Shown here: piece by piece, positions 28,701 to 34,272 of the stretch
Numbering within the stretch: position 1 is the first letter of the stretch
Layout: every line of letters begins with the position of its first letter
Origin: Blastocatellia bacterium
GTDB taxonomy: Bacteria > Acidobacteriota > Blastocatellia > Chloracidobacteriales > JADJPF01
NCBI GenBank assembly: GCA_039812885.1
Contig: JBDIBI010000015.1
Coordinates: forward strand, 126,878 to 161,149
DNA: 34,272 nt
Direction: 5' to 3'
Made by a program: the position numbers and the translations under genes
The notes under the pieces: model-generated
What the model was told of the DNA's origin: nothing
Databases searched by the model: none
What the model saw: the letters and a program-made list of their open reading frames with translations, nothing else

Positions 28701-30151
28701 TCAAAGAACATTCCGTAGAAAAGATTCCAAGCTGTAGCAATAGTTGGAGGATCACCAGGACGCATTTTACGATAAATTTCAAGCAGGGCATCCCTAGGCA
28801 TTTTCACACTATCTTTTTTCAAAGTTTGGCTGATTACCGCCCCAACTTCATCTCTCTCAGGAAAGAATATATCAAACTCACTAATTCCTGATTCAATGAT
28901 TCTTGCACAATCTCTAGCATTTAACTCTTGGTTACTTTCAACTATAAATTCACCAGTTTCTGTATTGATTATATCGTCTACAACAAAAGCCCCTTCTAAA
29001 TCCAAAATGTCTACTGGAATTTCTTTTACATTGGCTCTTTGTAAGTTTTCATAAGCAATTGTTGAAATTTTTCTTCCAGCTTTTATTAAAGTTTCTCCAG
29101 TTTTTGGATCTACTACTGCGCTAGAGACTTTCATATCCAAGATTGCTGGTGAAACAGCTAGCATTAATCTACCTTCACGGATATATATTTTATTTGTCTC
29201 ATAGAAAATACGTAGGATATCTCCATCAGAGTATGAACAGAATTTTATAGATTCTTCTAATTCATTATCTGTGATTTCGCCTTTTCTCCACTTTAATATT
29301 TCCAATTTTTGGATCAATCCTAACGCACGTAAGAAAATGGTTGCTAAGAACTTACGTTTACGATCTATACGAACGTAAAGAAGATTTTTAGCATCATATT
29401 CAAACTCTACCCAAGAACCACGATAAGGAATTATTTTTGCTAAAAATGCTGGATTTTTCTCAAAAAACACTCCAGGACTACGATGTAATTGGCTGACGAT
29501 TACACGTTCAGTACCATTGATAATAAAAGTACCATTGTCAGTCATTAATGGAATATCACCAAAGTAAACTTCTTCTTCTTTAATATCCCGAATAGACTTA
29601 TAACTATTTGCTTCATCCTTATCCCAAACTGTTAGACGAATTTTTACCTTTAGTGGTACAGCATAAGTCATTCCTCTTTCTTGGCACTCTTGAACATCAT
29701 ATTTGTGTTTAAGCCCTATAGGTTCACCGCAAACATCACAAAGTTTAATGATGTTTTTGTTAAAACTTCCACAACTACGACATAAAACATCTTCAGAAGA
29801 AAGAGGGTTGACTCTGATAGCAGAACCGCAACTACGGCAGTTAGAGCGTAGGTGATATAGTCCTTCTTGACGACCGCATTTACATTTCCATTCCCCAATT
29901 GAATAATCAACAAAATCAAGTTGGGAAGTATCTCTAAAATCACTTATTGGAAATACTGAGCGAAAAACTGATTGAAGCCCAGCACTTTCCCTCTCTTCAG
30001 GCAATAAATCCATTTGTAAAAATCTATTATAAGATTCTCGTTGGATTTCAATTAAATTTGGGATACGAACTGTAGTATTAATTTTGGAAAAATCGTGACG
30101 AGAGCGGACTCTTACGCCATTACCATTATTAACTTGGGATTGAGATGACAT
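25790..30151 (-). CDS. rpoB: DNA-directed RNA polymerase subunit beta (carries an unusual N-terminal 4xCxxC insertion)
   Basis: The 1453-aa ORF is collinear with bacterial beta (PNLIEIQ, the rifampicin-cluster region [82 protein letters not shown]). AAAGGAAAG lies upstream of the ATG. Confidence 0.95.
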   Translation of the reverse strand: MSSQSQVNNGNGVRVRSRHDFSKINTTVRIPNLIEIQRESYNRFLQMDLLPEERESAGLQSVFRSVFPISDFRDTSQLDFVDYSIGEWKCKCGRQEGLYHLRSNCRSCGSAIRVNPLSSEDVLCRSCGSFNKNIIKLCDVCGEPIGLKHKYDVQECQERGMTYAVPLKVKIRLTVWDKDEANSYKSIRDIKEEEVYFGDIPLMTDNGTFIINGTERVIVSQLHRSPGVFFEKNPAFLAKIIPYRGSWVEFEYDAKNLLYVRIDRKRKFLATIFLRALGLIQKLEILKWRKGEITDNELEESIKFCSYSDGDILRIFYETNKIYIREGRLMLAVSPAILDMKVSSAVVDPKTGETLIKAGRKISTIAYENLQRANVKEIPVDILDLEGAFVVDDIINTETGEFIVESNQELNARDCARIIESGISEFDIFFPERDEVGAVISQTLKKDSVKMPRDALLEIYRKMRPGDPPTIATAWNLFYGMFFDERKFDFSRVGRLKFNIKMGYEQYSGLDEQILSPKDFFDVIRYVLKLKRNIGEADDIDHLGNRRVRAVGELLENQFRVGLVRMERAIKEKMSIHQEMQTAMPRDLINAKPVTAAVREFFGSSQLSQFMDQTNPLSEITHKRRLSALGPGGLSRERAGFEVRDVHPTHYGRICPIETPEGPNIGLISSLSCYARINQFGFIESPYRKVESGQVIDFVKITNSGDTEFRIGDHVSKKDVEELNKKLAETNGKQAEFETYPFYLSAWEEDKHTIGQANIELDENMYIVSERVAARKAGDFILAHRDEIEYVDVSPKQLVSVAASLIPFLENDDANRALMGSNMQRQAVPLLRAEAPFVGTGMEKVTAQDSGAVVVARRDGVVDSVDSERIIIRVDHQQDGGLSREVTADIYQLVKFKRSNQNTCINQKPIVAVGQRVRKGDVIADGPCTDRGELALGRNVLVAFMPWRGYNFEDAILVSEKLVREDSYTSIHIEELEIEARDTKLGPEEITRDIPNISESMLRDLDDSGIIRIGAQVKPGSILVGKVTPKGETQLTAEEKLLRAIFGEKAGDVRDASLTCPPGIDGTIVDVKVFTRKGAEKDRRSISIEQSEEGKLRKNLNDETRILHEERDKRIYEILEGQRLAKDLVYGKKVLLEKGVLLTKEVLQDIDTEALSKVEVQNPKVDAAKEIQELEERTKRQIDILEDLYKDKIDKIKRGDELPPGVIKMVKVFIAMKRKLSVGDKMAGRHGNKGVIAQILPEEDMPYLPNGIPVEIVLNPLGVPSRMNVGQILETHLGWAAKILGLHFATPVFDGASEVEIKEMLRQAELPESGKTALFDGMTGEPFEQKVTVGYIYMMKLSHLVDDKIHARSIGPYSLITQQPLGGKAQFGGQRFGEMEVWALEAYGAAHILQELLTAKSDDVAGRSKIYEAIVKGESDFDPGLPESFNVLIRELQSLCLDVELIKRTNSEE

Positions 30152-30567
30152 ATTCTTTCCTTTCGTGTGGCATTATCTGGCCAAACGGAACTCAAAAAGG
30201 TTTTGCCAAATTTCTATTAGTTTGACTTTTGAGAACATTGAAGCTAAAACCAAGAGATGTGAGAAGATTATACGCAGCTTGCCTTAGGTTTCTCATCTTA
30301 ATATTAAGTATTAGTTAGTAAAATTTATTAATAATAATTAACTGTGTTTAGACACGAATGCGAAGGACGCAATTAAAGCAAATTTGCTTTAGTTATGCCC
30401 TTCGCTTTTCTAAAGTTATTTTTTCGTAACTGTAGATTGTATACAAATTTGTCTACTTAGCAGTTTTTAGTTTACTGAAAATTTGCTAGGAAAATAGATT
30501 TTTCTAGCGAAATCAACTTGATTGACAGGTACAAAGTCTTAGGAAATCATTATTTCCTAAAGCAATA
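30152..30567 (-). promoter_or_regulatory. Structured rplL-rpoB intergenic leader (416 nt), candidate attenuator/processing region plus possible rpoB-proximal promoter
   Basis: A 9-bp hairpin (TTAGGAAAT/ATTTCCTAA) lies immediately after the rplL stop at 30541..30565. A roughly 50-nt compound hairpin at 30358..30410 (GCGAAGG...CCTTCGC enclosing the palindrome AAAGCAAATTTGCTTT) is followed by a T-rich tract on the plus strand. A minus-strand TATAAT sits at 30265..30270. This is by analogy to the E. coli rplL-rpoB attenuator. Confidence 0.35.
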
Positions 30568-30990
30568 CTACTTAATTTCAACAGTTGCACCAGCTTCAGT
30601 AAGCTTCTTTTTGATGCTTTCTGCTTCGTCTTTAGAAGCGCCTTCTTTAATTGCTTTTGGAGCAGCTTCTACTAAATCTTTGGCTTCTTTTAGACCTAAA
30701 GAAGTGATTTCACGTACAACTTTAATAACGTTAATCTTATTTGCACCAACGCTAGCTAAAACGACATCAAATTCTGTCTTTTCTTCAACTGGAGCAGCAG
30801 GAGCAGCAGCGGCAGCAGCAGGAGCAGCAGCAACAGCAGCAGCAGCAGCAGAAACGCCAAAAGCTTCTTCCATCATTTTTACTAGTTCAGCAGCTTCTAA
30901 TAAAGTTAATCCTTTGATTTGGTCTAAAATGCCTTGTAATTTTTCGGATGCCATGAGTAAAAAATCCTCCTTAGAAAACCTCACCTGCAA
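30568..30990 (-). CDS. rplL: 50S ribosomal protein L7/L12
   Basis: The 140-aa ORF has the typical N-terminal dimerisation helix, Ala/Pro hinge and C-terminal domain ([24 protein letters not shown]...). Confidence 0.95.
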   Translation of the reverse strand: MQVRFSKEDFLLMASEKLQGILDQIKGLTLLEAAELVKMMEEAFGVSAAAAAVAAAPAAAAAAPAAPVEEKTEFDVVLASVGANKINVIKVVREITSLGLKEAKDLVEAAPKAIKEGASKDEAESIKKKLTEAGATVEIK

Positions 30991-31022
30991 TTTTTAATCA
31001 GGCGTAGGTATAATATTTTAAT

Positions 31023-31544
31023 TTATTGAGATTCCTTTTTTTGTTCGCAAATTTGGTTCATTACAACAGCCAAATTACGAGATACTCCAGAGGTTGCTGT
31101 AGCAATTCTTTGTGCTCCAGAGTTAATTAAAAACATAAGCTTTGAGAGCAATTGTTCTTTAGAAGGCATATTTACCAATGCTTCTAGATCTTTAATATCT
31201 ATAGCGCGACCTTCTACAACACCTGCTTTGAACTTGAATTGAGCATAATCCTTAGCAAATTTTGAAACAAGTTTTGCTAATGTTACCGGATCATCAAAAA
31301 TCGCTATTGCTGTTGGTCCAGCAAAAGCCTTATTTAGAGGCTCTAATGGTGTACCAGCAGCAGCTTTTTGTGCCAGGGTATTTTTCACAACTTTGTATTT
31401 AACATTGTTCTTACGCATTTCACTGCGTAGAACTGTGTCATTAGCTACAGTTAGTCCCTGAAAATTCACAAGAAAAGCATGGTTAGATTTTTTGAACTCA
31501 GCTTTTAGTGCGTCTAATTCTTCTTGTTTACCTTTTTTATCCAT
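31023..31544 (-). CDS. rplJ: 50S ribosomal protein L10
   Basis: The 173-aa ORF is L10-like (FLVNFQGLTVANDTVLRSEMRK...YKVVKNTL). AGGAGA lies 7 nt upstream. Confidence 0.9.
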   Translation of the reverse strand: MDKKGKQEELDALKAEFKKSNHAFLVNFQGLTVANDTVLRSEMRKNNVKYKVVKNTLAQKAAAGTPLEPLNKAFAGPTAIAIFDDPVTLAKLVSKFAKDYAQFKFKAGVVEGRAIDIKDLEALVNMPSKEQLLSKLMFLINSGAQRIATATSGVSRNLAVVMNQICEQKKESQ

Positions 31545-31567
31545 AAAAGTCTCCTAACTGTAATCAA

Positions 31568-32257
31568 CTACATAGCTGATGAATCAATTTTTATTCCTGG
31601 GCCCATTGTAGTAGCTACATAAACAGCCTTAACATAGCGACCTTTACTTGTTTGTGGTTTAGCTTTAATTATTGCATCCATTAAGGTTTTAGCGTTTTCG
31701 TATATTTTGTCTCCATCAAATGAAACTTTACCAACAGGAACATGTATTACACCTGTTTTGTCTACACGAAATTCTACTTTACCTGCTTTAGTTTCTGTAA
31801 TTGCTTTAGTTACATCAAAAGTAACTGTACCTGTTTTAGGGTTAGGCATAAGTCCACGAGGACCAAGTATTTTACCTAAAGTACCTACAGTCTTCATCAT
31901 ATCAGGAGTAGCGATAACAGCATCGAAGTCTAACCAACCTTCTTTAATACGAGCTACAATTTCATCTCCGCCTACTTCATCAGCTCCAGCTTCACGTGCT
32001 TCTTTTTGTTTTTCGCCACTAGCAATCACACACACTCGTTTAGATTTACCTAAACCATGAGGTAAGACAACCGTTCCACGCACCATTTGATCAGCTTTAC
32101 GAGGATCAACTCCAAGCACCATAGTTACTTCCATGGTTTCATCAAATTTTGCGAATGCAATTTTTTTTGCCAAAGCAAGCCCATCTGTTAATGTATATGC
32201 CTTTTGTTGCTCTACTTGAGCAAGAGCTTGACGATATTTTTTTCCAGCTTTTGGCAT
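31568..32257 (-). CDS. rplA: 50S ribosomal protein L1
   Basis: The 229-aa ORF starts [11 protein letters not shown]... and contains [13 protein letters not shown] and [15 protein letters not shown]. Confidence 0.95.
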   Translation of the reverse strand: MPKAGKKYRQALAQVEQQKAYTLTDGLALAKKIAFAKFDETMEVTMVLGVDPRKADQMVRGTVVLPHGLGKSKRVCVIASGEKQKEAREAGADEVGGDEIVARIKEGWLDFDAVIATPDMMKTVGTLGKILGPRGLMPNPKTGTVTFDVTKAITETKAGKVEFRVDKTGVIHVPVGKVSFDGDKIYENAKTLMDAIIKAKPQTSKGRYVKAVYVATTMGPGIKIDSSAM

Positions 32258-32336
32258 CTTTTTCCTCTTGCGGTGAGGTAAGTCGGTATTGTAATACCTC
32301 CCTCACAGATATTCGTAAGAGTTACTCTTACTACAT

Positions 32337-32759
32337 TTAGTCTACTACTTCCAAACCAAGACTCTTTGCTGTACCTTCAACTGTACGCATAGCAGAATTG
32401 ATATCTGTACAATTGAGATCTGGTAATTTAGTTTCAGCAATTTCTTTGATTTGTTTGCGAGTTATCTTTCCAACCTTATCACGATTGGGTTTTGCTGAAC
32501 CTTTTGCAAGACCAAGGGTTTTCTTTATTAAGTCTGCTGCTGGAGGTGTTTTTGTTATGAAAGTAAATGAGCGATCAGAATAAACTGTAATTACTACAGG
32601 AATATTTATATCTCCCATTTGAGCAGTTTTAGCATTAAACTGCTTACAAAACTCCATAATGTTTACACCATGCTGACCTAAAGCTGGTCCTATAGGAGGA
32701 GCTGGATTAGCTTTTCCTGCTGGCACTTGCAATTTCACATATGCAGTAATTTTTTTCAT
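32337..32759 (-). CDS. rplK: 50S ribosomal protein L11
   Basis: The 140-aa ORF reads [36 protein letters not shown]. Confidence 0.95.
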   Translation of the reverse strand: MKKITAYVKLQVPAGKANPAPPIGPALGQHGVNIMEFCKQFNAKTAQMGDINIPVVITVYSDRSFTFITKTPPAADLIKKTLGLAKGSAKPNRDKVGKITRKQIKEIAETKLPDLNCTDINSAMRTVEGTAKSLGLEVVD

Positions 32760-32890
32760 TTAGAAATCGGCCTAACTTCTAAATCTTAACCTTAAAATTT
32801 AAGATTTAAAAACTGCCGCCTCCAGTAAAGAAATATAGAAAAGAACTTAAAATAGCTAATGCTTGTTGTAAGCTAGCAATTTACCTTAGA

Positions 32891-33451
32891 TTACTCTTCG
32901 GTAAAAGTATGTTTTTCAACTTGTAAAAAATCTAATTCTACAGGAGTGGCGCGCCCAAAAATAGTAACCATTACTTTCAAAGTATTTTTATCTGTGTTTA
33001 CTTCCTCAACAACACCTGTAAAACTTGTAAAAGGGCCATCTGTAATACGAACTGTTTCGCCAGGACCAAAAGTAAATTTTGGTTTTGGTTTTTCAGCAGC
33101 TTCAGTAACATGATGAACTATTTGATCTACTTCTTGGTCAGTAAGGGGAGTTGGTTTTTGGCCTCCAACAAAGCTAGTTACCTTTGGAGTACTTTTAACA
33201 GTGTGCCAAGCTTTATCTGACATCTCACCTTTTTCGTCACATTCAATTTCTACTAAAACATATCCTGGAAAAATTAGCCTTTTTGTTTCTACCCGCTTAT
33301 TGCCACGCATTTCCACTACAGTTTCTTCAGGAACAAGAACTTGTACAAGTTCTTGCTCCATAGTGTAAGCTTTTATGCGGTTTTCAAGGCTTTCTTTTAC
33401 TTTCCTTTCAAAACCGGAATATGTATGAATAATAAACCACTTTCTTGGCAT
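32891..33451 (-). CDS. nusG: Transcription termination/antitermination factor NusG
   Basis: The 186-aa ORF starts [15 protein letters not shown] (NGN domain) and has a C-terminal KOW domain ([21 protein letters not shown]). Confidence 0.9.
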   Translation of the reverse strand: MPRKWFIIHTYSGFERKVKESLENRIKAYTMEQELVQVLVPEETVVEMRGNKRVETKRLIFPGYVLVEIECDEKGEMSDKAWHTVKSTPKVTSFVGGQKPTPLTDQEVDQIVHHVTEAAEKPKPKFTFGPGETVRITDGPFTSFTGVVEEVNTDKNTLKVMVTIFGRATPVELDFLQVEKHTFTEE

Positions 33452-33529
33452 TATTTATCACTCTATTTCTTGCTTGCTATATTTATGTTTGCTTAGGATA
33501 GCAATGGCAGGTATTCACCTTACTATTTA

Positions 33530-33817
33530 TTATTTAAGGAGATCTGTTAAAAACTTGAAGACTAGCCCAATTAGATAATCTGCTCCCCACAAGAAAAACC
33601 CAAAAAAGACAACTGCTACCAACACAATTACTGTTGTACCATAAACTTCTTGGCGAGTTGGCCAAGTAACTTTTTTCATTTCAGCTTTAACATCAGTATA
33701 AAACTGTCCTACTTGACCGAACTTATTACCATCAGTTTCTTCAAGATCTTGATCTTGTTTTTTAGGTTCATCTACCTCTTCTTTTTTTATAGGGGTGACA
33801 TCTGTCACATCACTCAT
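33530..33817 (-). CDS. secE: Preprotein translocase subunit SecE (with N-terminal acidic extension)
   Basis: The C-terminal KAEMKKVTWPTRQEV plus a single TM helix is the SecE signature. AAGAGGTAG RBS supports the 33817 start. Confidence 0.85.
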   Translation of the reverse strand: MSDVTDVTPIKKEEVDEPKKQDQDLEETDGNKFGQVGQFYTDVKAEMKKVTWPTRQEVYGTTVIVLVAVVFFGFFLWGADYLIGLVFKFLTDLLK

Positions 33818-33876
33818 TTTAACTACCTCTTAAATTTTTACCACCAAGCTATTAACTTAATATAAGAGAAACTAAG

Positions 33877-33949
33877 CAGGGGTGGAGGGGATCGAACCCC
33901 CAACCTACGGTTTTGGAGACCGCCACTCTGCCAATTGAGCTACACCCCT
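33877..33949 (-). tRNA. trnW: tRNA-Trp (anticodon CCA)
   Basis: The reverse complement AGGGGTGTAGCTCAATTGGCAGAGTGGCGGTCTCCAAAACCGTAGGTTGGGGGTTCGATCCCCTCCACCCCT folds as a cloverleaf: 7-bp acceptor stem, anticodon loop CUCCAAA, and T-arm GGTTCGATCC. The 3' CCA is not encoded. Confidence 0.9.
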
Positions 33950-33959
33950 ACAAATTTAA

Positions 33960-34112
33960 TTACTTAGTCTCTTTATGTGCTGTATGCTTACGACAGAAGC
34001 GACAGAATTTAGAAAACTCCAAACGTCCAGTTGTTTTCTTTTTATTCTTTGTCGTTACATAGTTACGGTTTTTACAGTCGCCACATTGCAAAATAATATT
34101 ATCTCTTGGCAT
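33960..34112 (-). CDS. rpmG: 50S ribosomal protein L33
   Basis: The 50-aa ORF reads [50 protein letters not shown], with a Cys4 zinc ribbon. AGGTGGG RBS is present. It falls below the ORF-track length cut-off. Confidence 0.85.
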   Translation of the reverse strand: MPRDNIILQCGDCKNRNYVTTKNKKKTTGRLEFSKFCRFCRKHTAHKETK

Positions 34113-34149
34113 AATTTACCCACCTAAAATTTCTGCATACAAAAACACT

Positions 34150-34272
34150 ATTACTCAATAATTTCAGAGATAGTACCAGCACCAACAGTTCTGCCACCTT
34201 CACGGATAGCAAAGCGTAAGCCTTTTTCCATAGCAATAGGAGTAATAAGAGTAACCTCAATGGCAATGTTGT
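34150..34272 (-). CDS. tuf: Elongation factor Tu, C-terminal fragment (gene continues beyond the window end)
   Basis: The reverse complement of the window end reads ...[39 protein letters not shown], the conserved EF-Tu domain-3 terminus. Confidence 0.85.

Noticed and set aside
2121-29943. Many 60-130-aa ORFs antisense to or inside large genes (e.g. 2121-2333, 3544-3762, 4366-4584, 6415-6603, 11815-12099, 12886-13110, 15844-16086, 18347-18691, 20418-20606, 22264-22659, 24755-24940, 25619-25819, 26808-27107, 27476-27768, 28010-28249, 29716-29943, 31707-32060, 32149-32340, 32398-32583, 33650-33865)
   Set aside because: All lie within strongly supported genes on the opposite strand or frame. 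They have low-complexity translations and no RBS or homology signal, and are typical AT-rich shadow ORFs.
30780-30850. GCA/GCG trinucleotide microsatellite-like tract
   Set aside because: It encodes the flexible Ala-rich hinge of L12. It is a compositional consequence of the protein, not an independent repeat element.
30518-30997. A 159-aa plus-strand ORF rich in Ala ([16 protein letters not shown])
   Set aside because: It is the antisense shadow of the rplL Ala/Pro hinge, where GCA/GCT repeats are open in both strands. The minus-strand reading is an unmistakable L7/L12.
33789-33810. Perfect 6-2-6 palindrome GTGACATCTGTCAC at the start of secE
   Set aside because: It is inside the coding sequence, encoding the DVTDVT repeat. 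It is short and most simply explained by the peptide repeat.
1-34272. CRISPR arrays, IS elements/transposases, integrases, reverse transcriptases, toxin-antitoxin pairs
   Set aside because: I found no direct-repeat/spacer periodicity, no terminal inverted repeats flanking an ORF, and no protein with DDE/tyrosine-recombinase/RT motifs in any frame.

Overview
This is a low-GC (about 35%) window from a diderm bacterium; kdsA and an outer-membrane beta-barrel with a C-terminal Phe indicate a Gram-negative envelope. Clear Shine-Dalgarno sites are used throughout. The right third (21.5-34.3 kb, all minus strand) is the conserved tuf-rpmG-tRNA(Trp)-secE-nusG-rplK-rplA-rplJ-rplL-rpoB-rpoC block. The left two thirds is an accessory-looking neighbourhood containing the following, from left to right. 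(1) A short-chain dehydrogenase (SDR) fragment, a TehB-like SAM methyltransferase and an aldo/keto reductase. (2) A Ser/Thr kinase fused to an FHA domain. (3) A minus-strand operon of bacilliredoxin-like CGC redoxin, msrB and a YkuE-like metallophosphoesterase, ending in a bidirectional terminator. (4) A plus-strand operon running from 5.5 to 15.1 kb. It encodes an outer-membrane beta-barrel with a CarbopepD_reg domain and coiled coil, a secreted di-haem cytochrome c peroxidase-family protein (MauG/DUF1111-like), a Tat-signal FMN-binding protein, a signal-less ApbE flavin transferase and a small 4-TM protein. These are followed by kdsA, a catalytically dead M1-aminopeptidase homologue with TPR repeats, and a small secreted protein. 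(5) On the minus strand, a DUF4388 / Ser-Thr kinase / TM / FGE-sulfatase protein and a secreted PPC-TPR-CHAT caspase-like protease, each followed by a hairpin-plus-U-tract terminator. The most unusual things I see are a roughly 60-aa four-CxxC zinc-ribbon-like insertion in the N-terminal region of RpoB, the putative trans-envelope flavin/haem redox operon, and the pairing of a periplasm-sensing kinase with a secreted CHAT protease next to rpoBC. I found no CRISPR array, mobile element, integrase, RT or recognisable defence system. Coordinates of features I derived by hand (hairpins, tRNA, rpmG, SDR fragment) may be off by 1-2 nt.
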